In this document: piece after piece, positions 26,257 through 36,300 of the stretch
Layout: each line of letters opens with the position of its first letter
Numbering within the stretch: position 1 is the first letter of the stretch
NCBI GenBank assembly: GCA_023480885.1
Contig: JAMCWX010000001.1
Span: forward strand, 27,669 to 91,668
Length of the DNA stretch: 64,000 bases
Reading direction: 5' to 3'
Source of the DNA: Chloroflexota bacterium
GTDB taxonomy: Bacteria > Chloroflexota > UBA6077 > FW602-bin22 > JACPRP01
Notes under the pieces: model-generated
Databases searched by the model: none
What the model was told of the DNA's origin: nothing
The model's input: only the letters and a program-made list of their open reading frames with translations
Position numbers and translations under genes: made by a program

Positions 26257-27441
26257 TCAGAGTGACGCGAGGCAGCTATCGAGGATTGATACCGCCTCTT
26301 CGATTTCCTGCTGCTTGACAATCAGCGGGGGCACGAGGCGGATAGTTTTCGGTCCAGTGGCATTGACGATGAGTCCCCGGGATAACGCAGCTTCGACCAG
26401 TTCCTGCGCCCTGTCTTCCTCCAGGTCTAGCGCGGCCATCAAGCCAAGGCCGCGCGTTTCCCGTACGATGGGGTGATTGTCCTTGAGCGACCGCAGGCCA
26501 GACAGTAGCTGCTTGCCCATCTCTCTCGCGTTGTCGACCAGGCCATTGTCGAGGATATACTTGACAGTGGCAACGCCGGCGGCGCAGGCTAGAGGATTGC
26601 CGCCGAAAGTGCTCCCGTGATCGGAAGTGGTAAAGCAATTGGCAGACTCCTTGGCCACTACGGCTCCTATGGGCACGCCGCCGCCAAGGCCTTTGGCCAT
26701 AGTGAAAACGTCTGGCTCCACGCCATAGTTCTCGAAGCCAAGGAATGTCCCGGTCCGCCCCATGCCCGTCTGTATCTCGTCGAAAATCAGCAAGAGACCC
26801 TGCTCGTCACACCAGGACCTGAGCGACTTCAGATACTCCTTATCGGCCAGGTGCACGCCGCTCTCTCCCTGAATACATTCGAGCAAAACGGCGCAAGTCT
26901 GGGCCGTCGTAGCCTGTTTCACAGCTTCGATATCGTTAAAAGCCACGTTCTTGAAGCCGGCAGGCATGGGCGAGAAAGGCGCCTGAAACTTAGCCTGTCC
27001 CGTGGCGGCGAGAGTCGCCAGCGTCCGCCCGTGGAAGGAACCAGACATACTGATGACCTCGAACGCGCCGTCGCGATGAAGCTTGCCATACTTTCGCGCC
27101 AGCTTGATCGCTCCCTCATTCGCTTCGGTGCCGCTGTTGCCGAAGAACACCTTGTCGCCACAAGAGTTTTCGACCAGTAGCTCCGCGAGTTGCAACTGCG
27201 GGATCGAGTAATACAGGCTGGAGACGTGAATGAGCCGCTTCGACTGGTCCGCGATAGCATCGACTACGGCCGGGTGAGCGTGGCCCAGGACGTTAACGGC
27301 AATTCCCGCCACCATATCCAAATAGGATTTGCCCTCATCGTCCCAGACGCGCACTCCATCGCCACGTACCAGAGCTACCGGAAGCCGCTTAAAAACAGGC
27401 ATAAAATACTTGCGCTCGACTTCTTTCCAATCGTAAGCCAA
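26257..27441 (-). CDS. argD: Acetylornithine aminotransferase
   Basis: Class III aminotransferase motifs: GNSGTEANEGAIKLARK, FDEIQTGMGRTGT, and TMAKGLGGGVPIGA (PLP Lys). TTG start after GGAGGTG. Last gene of argCJBD. Confidence 0.92.
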   Translation of the reverse strand: MAYDWKEVERKYFMPVFKRLPVALVRGDGVRVWDDEGKSYLDMVAGIAVNVLGHAHPAVVDAIADQSKRLIHVSSLYYSIPQLQLAELLVENSCGDKVFFGNSGTEANEGAIKLARKYGKLHRDGAFEVISMSGSFHGRTLATLAATGQAKFQAPFSPMPAGFKNVAFNDIEAVKQATTAQTCAVLLECIQGESGVHLADKEYLKSLRSWCDEQGLLLIFDEIQTGMGRTGTFLGFENYGVEPDVFTMAKGLGGGVPIGAVVAKESANCFTTSDHGSTFGGNPLACAAGVATVKYILDNGLVDNAREMGKQLLSGLRSLKDNHPIVRETRGLGLMAALDLEEDRAQELVEAALSRGLIVNATGPKTIRLVPPLIVKQQEIEEAVSILDSCLASL

Positions 27442-27474
27442 CCTACACCTCCAATCTCCCTCTTCCCTATTCCC

Positions 27475-28305
27475 CTATCCCCTAATCCTCGTCCCCACGC
27501 CAGAATCCGTGAGCAACTCGCGAATCAAAGCGTGAGCGACGCGGCCGTCGACGATCTGCGCCTCATTGATGCGATCCAGCGCGCGGAAGCAGGCATGCGC
27601 TTTGGGGATCATCCCACCTGAAATTACGCCAGAATCGATAAGCGCCTGCGCCTGTTGCTTCGTCAAACGGGGCAGCACGCTGCCATCCTGGTCGCGAATG
27701 CCCGCGACGTCGGTCAAGAAGATGATCTTCTCTGCGCCCAGGCTGACAGCGATCTCAGCCGCGGCTGTATCGGCATTTATGTTGAGGCTCTCTTCCTGTT
27801 CGCCGAGAGCGATAGGAGCGATTATGGGAACACAGCCAGCAGCCAGCAGCGCCTGCACGGCGTGAAGATCGACATCCGTTACTTCGCCAACCAGACCCAG
27901 GTCATCGCTCAGCCGCCGCGCTCTGATCAGGCCGCCGTCCACGCCGCAAACTCCCACAGCCCGGCCGCCGAGCTTCGCCAGCGAAGTCACGATCTCCTTG
28001 TTGACCTTGCCTGCCAGCACCATGGTCACGATCTCCATCGTTTCGGCATCCGTAACACGCAGTCCATCGACGAAACGCGGCTCTTTGCCGATCACCTTCA
28101 GCCAGTGGCTGATCGAGGCTCCGCCACCGTGCACGACGACGACCTTCACGCCCAGCTTGCTGAGCGCCGCGACGTCTTCGAGAGTTGTATCGTGGCTGCC
28201 GAGCGTGCTACCTCCCACCTTGACGACGATGGCTTTGCCTTTCAACTCGTCAATGCGAGGCGAAGCCTGTCGCAGCGCCTCGGCCAGCAATTCGTTTTGA
28301 TCCAT
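27475..28305 (-). CDS. argB: Acetylglutamate kinase
   Basis: KAIVVKVGGSTL, VVVVHGGG and INADTAAAEIA. Confidence 0.93.
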   Translation of the reverse strand: MDQNELLAEALRQASPRIDELKGKAIVVKVGGSTLGSHDTTLEDVAALSKLGVKVVVVHGGGASISHWLKVIGKEPRFVDGLRVTDAETMEIVTMVLAGKVNKEIVTSLAKLGGRAVGVCGVDGGLIRARRLSDDLGLVGEVTDVDLHAVQALLAAGCVPIIAPIALGEQEESLNINADTAAAEIAVSLGAEKIIFLTDVAGIRDQDGSVLPRLTKQQAQALIDSGVISGGMIPKAHACFRALDRINEAQIVDGRVAHALIRELLTDSGVGTRIRG

Positions 28306-28345
28306 CTTGCCTGACGTTCAACCCCTATGTTGTTCTGCGTAAAAG

Positions 28346-29545
28346 CTAAGTTGTATACTCGCTGTTAATGACCACATACTGCTCGGTCAGGTCGCAACCC
28401 CACGCCGTCGAAGCGCCCTGTCCCAGATGAAGATCGACGTCGATAAACACGTCCGGCTGCCGCAGGATCGACGAGACCTGCGCCTTATCGAACGGTTGGA
28501 TGCGACCAGCACGCATCAACGCGACGCCCCCAATGATTATGTCGACTAAACCGGGGTCGACCTCGGCATTCGAGTAACCAACCGCGGCCAGAATACGTCC
28601 CCAATTCGGGTCGCTGCCATAGACAGCCGCCTTGACCAGATTCGAGCCGACCACAGCGCGAGCCGCCAGTCGCGCATCAGCCACCGAAGCGGCGCCGGCA
28701 ACGCGAACTTCGATGAACTTGGTTGCTCCTTCCCCGTCCCTCACGACGGCCTGCGCTAGCGAGGTGGCAACGCGCTGCAAGCCGTTTTCGAAAGCCTCGG
28801 CATCCGCGCTGCCCTCTCTCAGCACCTCGTTGCCCGCGAGGCCATTGGCCAGCACCAGGACCGTGTCATTTGTGCTGGTGTCGCCGTCCACCGAGATCAT
28901 ATTGAACGAAACGTCGACAGCGCGACGAAGGGCAGCCTGCAGGAACGAGGGCTCGACCAGGGCATCGGAAGTGATGAAGCCCAGCATCGTCGCCATGTTG
29001 GGATGGATCATCCCCGCGCCCTTGGCCATACCGCCAATCGTCACTGTCGCGTTGCCCAATGCAACGGAACAGGCGGCCTCCTTGGGATGGGTGTCGGTAG
29101 TCATAATGCCCAGCGCAGCCTGGTGGCCACCGTCCCGCTTCAGAACGACGTTTTGTATTCCAGCGCGAATCTTCTCGATGGGCAGGGGAACGCCAATAAC
29201 TCCCGTGGAGGCAACCAGCACGTCCGCTGAGGCTATGCCCAGCTTTTCCGCCACCATTCGCGTCGTCTCCGCGGCCTTGGCGTAGCCATCGTCGCCAGTG
29301 CAGGCGTTGGCATTGCCGCTGTTCACCACAATCGCCTGCGCTCGGCCATCTGCGAGATGTTCTTGCGAGACCAGAATCGGCACAGCCTTAACCTTGTTGG
29401 TGGTGAACACGGCTGCTGCGGCGCAGGGGACCTCGGAGAACACTATCGACAGGTCCTGGCCACCCGTCTTGATGCCGCAGTAAGTGGCGCCAGCCAGAAA
29501 CCCTTTGGGTGAAGTTACGCTGCCATCGGACAAGAGTTCGATCAC
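28346..29545 (-). CDS. argJ: Bifunctional ornithine acetyltransferase / N-acetylglutamate synthase
   Basis: VTSPKGFLAGATYCGIK, with the autoprocessing site in GMIHPNMATMLGFITSDA. I prefer the GTG at 29545 (GGGAGG 6 nt upstream, 10 nt after the argC stop) over the track start at 29578, which overlaps argC. Confidence 0.9.
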   Translation of the reverse strand: MIELLSDGSVTSPKGFLAGATYCGIKTGGQDLSIVFSEVPCAAAAVFTTNKVKAVPILVSQEHLADGRAQAIVVNSGNANACTGDDGYAKAAETTRMVAEKLGIASADVLVASTGVIGVPLPIEKIRAGIQNVVLKRDGGHQAALGIMTTDTHPKEAACSVALGNATVTIGGMAKGAGMIHPNMATMLGFITSDALVEPSFLQAALRRAVDVSFNMISVDGDTSTNDTVLVLANGLAGNEVLREGSADAEAFENGLQRVATSLAQAVVRDGEGATKFIEVRVAGAASVADARLAARAVVGSNLVKAAVYGSDPNWGRILAAVGYSNAEVDPGLVDIIIGGVALMRAGRIQPFDKAQVSSILRQPDVFIDVDLHLGQGASTAWGCDLTEQYVVINSEYTT

Positions 29546-29555
29546 GAGGGCCTCC

Positions 29556-30581
29556 CTATGGATATATAGGGCTGGCATCGATGCCGAGGGTCTCGTCCAG
29601 CCCCATTATCAGGTTCATATTCTGCACCGCCTGCCCTGCCGCGCCCTTGACGAGGTTGTCGATGCAGGAAAGCACGACCAGCCGGTTAGTCCGCTCGTCG
29701 ATGGTGGGATGAATCACGCAGTAATTGCTGCCCCAGGTATGCTTGGTCTGCGGCGGCTGTTCGACGACGCGGACGAACGGAGCGTTGCGATAGAAATCGC
29801 GGTAGCGCTCGCGGAGCTGCCTGGCCGACATGCTCACAGTCAGTCGGCTATAACAATCGCTGTGGATGCCCCGGGTCATCGGCACGAGGTGCGGCACAAA
29901 GGTCATCGCTATCTCGTCGTTTCCGCCCAGCACCTTGCGACGAGCGCCGTTGACCTCTTGCAGCATCTCTGGCAGGTGTCTATGGCCTTTCAAGGAATAG
30001 GCCTGGCAACTCTCGTTGACTTCAGCGTAATGCGTCGTAAGGGCAAGCGTGCGGCCTGCGCCAGATATTCCAGACTTAGAATCCACTACCACGTCAGGCT
30101 CGATTATGTCTGCCACTGGCGCGAGGGCAAGGATGGCGCTTGTGGGATAGCAGCCCGGATTGGCTATCAAACGAGCTTTAACGATCTCCTCGCGGTGCAG
30201 CTCAGGCAACCCGTAAACAGCCTCCTGCAACAGTTGAGGAGCGGGATGGGTAACCTGATACCACTCTTCGTAAACGCCGACGTCCTTGAGGCGGAAGTCC
30301 GCGCTGATATCGATCACCTTCGCCCCCGACTCGAGGAGCGGAACTGCGGCTGCCGCAGACGCCTTGTGCGGCAGCGCGGAGAACGCCACGTCTACTGGTT
30401 CTTCGATGTCAGCCTGTATTATCAGATCGGTCTCCCCTAAGTGGGGGAAGAACTCGCTCAAGCGCTGGCCAACTGCGCTTCGCCCCGTCACCTGGGTTAG
30501 CTCGACCGTTGGATGGTGCAATAACAAACGGGCTAGCTCGAGGCCCGCGTAGCCCGTTACATTTACAATTCCGGCCTTCAT
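29556..30581 (-). CDS. argC: N-acetyl-gamma-glutamyl-phosphate reductase
   Basis: MKAGIVNVTGYAGLELARLL, catalytic Cys in IANPGCYPTSAILAL, and SKSGISGAGR. The ATG at 30581 follows AGGAGG. The track ORF extends to 30659, across the promoter. Confidence 0.92.
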   Translation of the reverse strand: MKAGIVNVTGYAGLELARLLLHHPTVELTQVTGRSAVGQRLSEFFPHLGETDLIIQADIEEPVDVAFSALPHKASAAAAVPLLESGAKVIDISADFRLKDVGVYEEWYQVTHPAPQLLQEAVYGLPELHREEIVKARLIANPGCYPTSAILALAPVADIIEPDVVVDSKSGISGAGRTLALTTHYAEVNESCQAYSLKGHRHLPEMLQEVNGARRKVLGGNDEIAMTFVPHLVPMTRGIHSDCYSRLTVSMSARQLRERYRDFYRNAPFVRVVEQPPQTKHTWGSNYCVIHPTIDERTNRLVVLSCIDNLVKGAAGQAVQNMNLIMGLDETLGIDASPIYP

Positions 30582-30630
30582 CACTTGCCTCCTAGGGAGA
30601 GATAGCCTCCTGGCAAAGTCGATGTGCCCA

Positions 30631-30659
30631 AGTATACAACACATCGGTGCCAGATACAA
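30631..30659 (-). promoter_or_regulatory. Candidate argCJBD promoter
   Basis: On the minus strand: TTGTAT (30659-30654), 17 nt, TATACT (30636-30631). This gives a leader of about 43 nt to the argC ATG. Confidence 0.35.
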
Positions 30660-30671
30660 GGCTCGGCAGAC

Positions 30672-30720
30672 AAACGAGGAAGGCCCCGGTGGGGCTCGCC
30701 CTCCGGAGCCTTCCTCGTTT
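30672..30720 (-). terminator. Long hairpin, probable terminator of the membrane-protein gene
   Basis: AAACGAGGAAGGC (30672-84) pairs perfectly with GCCTTCCTCGTTT (30708-20), and the stem ends run into short T tracts in both orientations. It lies 54 nt after the stop at 30774. Confidence 0.4.
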
Positions 30721-30773
30721 GAACTTGGGTAGCTCGACTTACTGGAAATCTGGCCACCGGGTTTGTGGTCTGC

Positions 30774-31202
30774 TTAGGTCCTGACTGCTGGCCTGGCGGA
30801 GGTCAGCTCGCCAATATAGCCACCGATTGCACCGCCAATCAGTTGGATGATGAACACTATGAACAGCGCTCCAGGTCCAACTGCTCCAACAGCCGCCCCA
30901 GGCACGAGCAGGGTAGCCCCGGCCAGCGCTGCCGCCGCCACTATCGAGGAGACGACAATGCTGAGCGCGGCCACCAATAGCCCGTGCAGTACACCGTTAG
31001 CCGGCGCCATGTATCCAGCAAACCAACCACCGCACAGCAAGGATATGAAGACGATTATGGTGCTTGTTACTGAACCAAGGCTGATCCCAACGGCGCTGAC
31101 GATGAGGCCGAGCAGAACAGCGATCACAAAGCTCACGACGAACCCCGCTACCACTGCTGCCCAATCTATCGCCTTAGCGAGAGTCGGATATCTTTCCGCC
31201 AT
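30774..31202 (-). CDS. Small Gly/Ala/Val-rich integral membrane protein (4 predicted TM; TIGR04086/YrzE-like by memory)
   Basis: About 142 aa of almost uninterrupted hydrophobic segments. The ATG at 31202 follows GGGAGGTGA. The track start at 31211 is a GTG inside that RBS. Confidence 0.6.
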   Translation of the reverse strand: MAERYPTLAKAIDWAAVVAGFVVSFVIAVLLGLIVSAVGISLGSVTSTIIVFISLLCGGWFAGYMAPANGVLHGLLVAALSIVVSSIVAAAALAGATLLVPGAAVGAVGPGALFIVFIIQLIGGAIGGYIGELTSARPAVRT

Positions 31203-31305
31203 CTCACTCACCTCCCTTTAGAAGGGTGCACATTAGTACCTACCCCGTTAGGGGAATCTCAAGGCATTCAAGTGCAATTCCCGTGCCAGGGAGAGGACAC
31301 TTCGC

Positions 31306-33147
31306 TTATGGTGTATTCACCGCATTCTTGTATAACAGAGGGAAAAAGGTCTTGTACGGGTACGAGCAGGGCAACTGCACGGGATCTCGATAAATCTGCA
31401 ATGGATTTGTCACAGTGGGGGATGATGAAAGCCTAACCCAGTACGGGGCGTGGCGATCCTCTGTCGTGTTGGCAAAACTGAGGTAGCCCTCGTAGTCCCC
31501 TGCTGCAACTGAGTTGGTAGCTGTCACTGTGATAGTCAATTTCACTTGGGAATTGGGGGAGAGCGTCAGTTGCGAGGGCGACGCTGTAACGCCTAAACCG
31601 GGCATGGTCTGGGTTGGTGAAATGCCAACACTCCACGTGCCACTTATGTCGCTGCAATTCGTGGCTGTGATAGTCCCAGATACAGACAATCCCGAATCAG
31701 CAATTCTAAAGGCACCAAAGCTGTAGCTCGGTGGATCCAACGTCAGGCCCGGGTTAGCTGCAGCCGCGAGATCGATTCGACCACTTCCCCGCTGCATTAC
31801 CGAGGCATCGTTTCCAGAAATATTGACTGGTGTCTTGGCCGTATTGACGAGCGCAGACTTAATCTCGGCAGGACCCCAAGAAGGATGCAACTGTTTCAGC
31901 AGCGCAGCCGCTCCAGCCACATGCGGCGTGGCCATGCTCGTGCCACTCTTGTAGCCAAAGATCGAGCCTGGGACTGACGAGTAAATGTTGACGCCAGGGG
32001 CTGTGACATCGGGCTTTATCGACAGATCTAGGTTCGGCCCTCGCGAGCTGAACGCGGCCAGATAGTCCGACTTCGTGGACGCGCCCACGGTAATCGCCTC
32101 GGGGGTAACTCCGGGGAACAGAATGGTTCCAGCGCCACTCAGGCCGTCGTTTCCCGCGGCGATGGCGAACACTACGCCCGCTTTGATGCCATTCCGCACG
32201 GCGATGACCAGAGGGTCGGTGTCGATGTCGGCACCTGGTCCACCGAGGCTCATGTTCACAACGTCGGCACCATCAGCCACCGCGTCGTCAACCGCTCGTA
32301 CGATGTCAGATGTGTCGGCGTCAACCAGGCTCCCAAAGACATTGTAGTTCATCAGGAAGGCTTTAGGCGCTACGCCACTCACGACGGCCGAGTTCGGCGC
32401 AACATAGCCGTTGACGCCGGCGGCAATTCCCGCCACGTGCGTGCCGTGTCCCTGCAAATCTTGAGGGGTGAATGTCTTGCCCAGAGGTGGATAGGACTTT
32501 GCCACTATGACCTTGTTGCTGGTGAAGCTCGGATCGCCTTTAGGAAATCCCGCTGGCGGCGCCAGCGAGTTGTCGGTTAGAAACGGGTGCGTCTGGTCTA
32601 TGCCGGTGTCGATAAGGGCGATCTTAATGCCAAGTCCTGCGTTAGCAGGCCCACCAAGCTGCGACCACACAGCAGGCGCATTGATTAGCGGCACGCTGGT
32701 GTCCAGTACAGGATGCAACTTCCTAGTCTGGCTGATAGAGCGTACGCCCGGCAGGGTTTTCAAAAGGCCCAGCTTCTTTTCGGGAAGCGTCACGGCGACG
32801 CCGTTGAAGACGGTCTCGTACTCTGCGCGGATGGAAGCCTCTGGAACGCTGGAAGCCAGCCTCTTTTTTAACTCGTCGTGTTCAGCTCGCAGGCGTCTCG
32901 ATTGTTCCTGGGCCTCCGGCGAATCCAGTTCAAGTCTGTTGACGCTGGGCGCCTGACCCGATGCGGCCACATGGGGCTGCCTGAGATGCGACTTGGCGAC
33001 CGGCTCGCCCTCCAGTCGCAGGATAACTGTAACCTCTTGCCCCCCCTCTGAATCCTCGCGCGCCAGCGACGGCCACAGAGGGCTTGCAAAGAGTACGATC
33101 ACCAGCGCCAGAATCAGGGCAGTCGCAGCCCTCTTGCTCCAAACCAA
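31306..33147 (-). CDS. Secreted subtilisin-like serine protease (peptidase S8)
   Basis: Catalytic triad contexts IALIDTGID, HGTHVAGIAAG and GTSMATPHVAGAAALL. Signal/TM at the N-terminus, an I9-like propeptide region, and a C-terminal beta-rich extension. TTG start after GGAGG. Confidence 0.9.
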   Translation of the reverse strand: MVWSKRAATALILALVIVLFASPLWPSLAREDSEGGQEVTVILRLEGEPVAKSHLRQPHVAASGQAPSVNRLELDSPEAQEQSRRLRAEHDELKKRLASSVPEASIRAEYETVFNGVAVTLPEKKLGLLKTLPGVRSISQTRKLHPVLDTSVPLINAPAVWSQLGGPANAGLGIKIALIDTGIDQTHPFLTDNSLAPPAGFPKGDPSFTSNKVIVAKSYPPLGKTFTPQDLQGHGTHVAGIAAGVNGYVAPNSAVVSGVAPKAFLMNYNVFGSLVDADTSDIVRAVDDAVADGADVVNMSLGGPGADIDTDPLVIAVRNGIKAGVVFAIAAGNDGLSGAGTILFPGVTPEAITVGASTKSDYLAAFSSRGPNLDLSIKPDVTAPGVNIYSSVPGSIFGYKSGTSMATPHVAGAAALLKQLHPSWGPAEIKSALVNTAKTPVNISGNDASVMQRGSGRIDLAAAANPGLTLDPPSYSFGAFRIADSGLSVSGTITATNCSDISGTWSVGISPTQTMPGLGVTASPSQLTLSPNSQVKLTITVTATNSVAAGDYEGYLSFANTTEDRHAPYWVRLSSSPTVTNPLQIYRDPVQLPCSYPYKTFFPLLYKNAVNTP

Positions 33148-33238
33148 CTACAGCCTCCAAGTCGCAATCCGACCGCTTGCGCGTACCATCACATCGCCTA
33201 TCGCCCATTGCTTACGCAAAGGGCCGCAGCGCAGAAAC

Positions 33239-33266
33239 GTAGGGGAAGAACCTTATGTCCGCCCTC
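33239..33266. repeat. REP-like hairpin, family A, degenerate copy
   Basis: GTAGGGGAAGAACCTTATGTCCGCCCTC compared with the consensus GTAGGGGCGAACCTTGTGTTCGCCCTC. Confidence 0.45.
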
Positions 33267-33305
33267 GTCGCCGTCGACGAGACTGGCAACGAATACGCAC
33301 CGCGC

Positions 33306-33335
33306 GTAGGGGCGAACCTTGTGTTCGCCCTCAGG
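33306..33335. repeat. REP-like hairpin, family A
   Basis: GTAGGGGCGAAC-cttgt-GTTCGCCCTCAGG, with an 8-bp GC-rich stem, in the mfd / S8-protease intergenic region. Confidence 0.65.
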
Positions 33336-33375
33336 TAAACCTTAACACATCCGCCGTAAGCATAGTAAAGAATCG

Positions 33376-36300
33376 TCAGTCTTGCAAGTGATCCAATTCT
33401 CCTAGTCTTTCAACCACCTTCCCCAGGACTTCGAGCCAGGATTCACGCGGACCTGACATCTGCAGTCGAGCCTGAGTGTTCCCAACTTTCAAGACCTGGC
33501 CGAACTCTCGGCTAAGCCTCTCCCTTTCCAAACGCTTGCCCTCGGCCAGCGCTATGACTAACTCCTCCCCGCTGCTCTCGATTCTTCGAATGCCGGCGTG
33601 CGCGGCCATTATCTTCAGTTGAACCAGGTAGGCAAGGTCCAGGACGGGCTTAGGAGGAGAGCCGAAACGATCTCGCATCTCCAGCACGAGATTCCCGACT
33701 TGATCGAGGGTCGTGGCGCTCGCGAGTCGCTGGTACAAGTTGATGCGCAAAGGCTCATCTGGCACGTAGTCGGCGGGAAGATAGGCGTTTAGCGGCAGAA
33801 TCAACGTTACTTCAGGCAGGCGTTCTTCAACCTTACCCTGCGAGGCTCTGACCGCGTCGGCTAACATTCGGCAGTAAAGATCGAAGCCGACGGCTGCCAC
33901 GTGTCCGTGCTGCTCGGTGCCCAGCAGGTTGCCCGCCCCGCGAATCTCCAGGTCTTTCATAGCAATACGGAAGCCCGCACCTAGCTCTGTGGCCTCGAAA
34001 ATGGTCCGCAAGCGCTTTTCCGCCGTCGGTGTCAGCCGCTTATCCCTGGCGAACAGGAAGTACGCGTAAGCCCTGTTTGCTCCTCGCCCCACTCGCCCCC
34101 TCAACTGGTAAAGCTGCGCCAGGCCAAACCTGTCAGCATGATTGACGATAATCGTGTTGACGTTGGGGATATCCAGGCCAGACTCGATAATGGTGGTGCA
34201 CACGAGAACGTCGAATTTGCCAGCGGCGAAGTTGACCATCACTTTCTCCAGATGATCCTCAGGCATTTGCCCGTGCCCAACGGCGATAATCGCCTCTGGC
34301 ACAAGCTCCTCCAGTCGCTTGGCCATATAGTCGATGCTCTGCACCCGGTTGTGTACGAAGTAGACCTGGCCACCGCGATCCAATTCCCGCAGTATCGCGT
34401 CTCGCACGAGGCGGCCATCGTACTCGGTAACGAACGTCTTTATTGGCAGACGCTCTTCTGGCGGAGTTTCCATAGTGCTCATGTCCCTGACGCCGGAAAT
34501 CGCCATGTGCAGCGTTCGCGGGATGGGCGTTGCCGTCAGCGTCAGAACGTCGACTTCTTTGCGCAGTTGCTTCAGACGTTCCTTGTGGACCACGCCGAAG
34601 CGCTGCTCCTCGTCGATGATGACCAGCCCTAAGTCCCTGAACTGAACGTCTTTCTGAATGAGACGGTGCGTGCCGATGCAGATATCGACCGTACCAGCTC
34701 TCAGCCCTTCCAGAACAGCTTTCTGTTCTTTCTCGGTCCTGAACCGCGAAAGCATCTCCACGTTGATTGGAAATGTCTGCAGGCGTTCCTGAAAGGTCTT
34801 GTAATGCTGTTGGGCCAGCACAGTTGTGGGAACGAGAATCGCGACCTGCTTCCCATCGGTCACGGCCTTGAAGGCAGCCCTCAGCGCTACCTCGGTTTTG
34901 CCATAACCAACGTCGCCGCAGATCAGCCGATCCATCGGCTTGGGCCTTTCCATATCTGCCTTCGTTTCGGCAATGGCTAGCATCTGGTCGGCAGTCTCTA
35001 CATAGGGGAACGAGTCCTCCAACTCACGCTGCCACGGCGAATCAGGAGAGAAGGCGAATCCAGGCTTGGCTTCTCTGGCGGCATATACTTCTAACAGATC
35101 CCCAGCCACTTCGCGGACTGCCGCCTTCACTCTTTCCCTCGCCCGCATCCAATCACCCGAACCCAGCCGGTGGATCACAGGCGCGTGCTCGCCCACCCCA
35201 ATGTACTTGTTCACACGATCCAGTTGATCTGTGGGGACGTAAAGACGATCACCCTCCGCGTACTCGACGGCAAGATACTCACGCTCGGCCCCGTCGTCCG
35301 CTATGCGCGTGAGGCCGCGGAAACGCCCGATGCCGTGGTCGACGTGAACCACGAGATCGCCTATCTCGATATCGCTGAGAAATGCGTCTCGCTGCACGCT
35401 TTTCCGCTGCACGACGCGCCTTGGCTTCGACCAACCGAAAATCTCCAGGTCGGTGAGCAGCGTAATGCCTGGCCTTCCGTTGCCGGGAGCGAATTGGAAG
35501 CCTTCGTGCAGCGCTTCGTGAACCACTACTACTGAGCCACGAGAAGGGGCAGTCTCAAGGCTATCTGCAAGTCTTGCTGGAAGCCCACGTTCGTTCAACA
35601 GCTCGAGTAGACGTTGTGCCTGCTGAGTGGCGACGACTAGCCGCCCATTACTGCGAAGCGCCTTCCGTATGTCGTCGACCACCATCTTGATGCGGCCACC
35701 ATAGGTGGGCACAGCCTGAAACACCGACCCCCACGGCTCGACAAGGCCATCCAGTTCCGCGAATCCCTCCCGCCAGGCGAACTCCAACCTGTTTTTGCGA
35801 GCGAAAGCGTTCTCCATCTCTGTCCAACAGCAATAAGGCTTTGGGAAGTTTCCTGGAAGCTCGCCAAATTCGAGTAACTCGCGCCGAAGGTTTCTGGCTT
35901 GCTCGTCGAGGTCGCGGATGGTCGCTCTTGTTTCCGATACGTCGTCCAGGATCAACAGGGCATCCTGCCCCAGGTAATCGAGAAGCGTCGCCTCCCCACA
36001 GACAGAAGCATAGAACGCAAGTTCTTCTGAGATACCGGACTCTTCAATAGCCTCTATGTCCTTGCGCCACTGCTCCAATGCCTCAGGACGCAGCGAAGAT
36101 AAGTCCAGCGCCGCAAGCCTGGATAGGATGACTGGTACGCGCAACTCGGTCTCTCTCGCTGGAGGAATCAGGATCGATTCCAGCCGCTGCCCCGACCGCT
36201 GAGTAGCCGGATCGAACTCTCGAATGGTATCTATCTCGTCGCCAAACAGTTCGATACGCACGGGAAGCGAGCTTGTCACGGGGAAGATATCGACAATCCC

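Noticed and set aside
29484-30440. A 318-aa ORF antisense to argC/argJ.
   Set aside because: It is a shadow ORF. The minus-strand frame carries the clear ArgC catalytic motifs.
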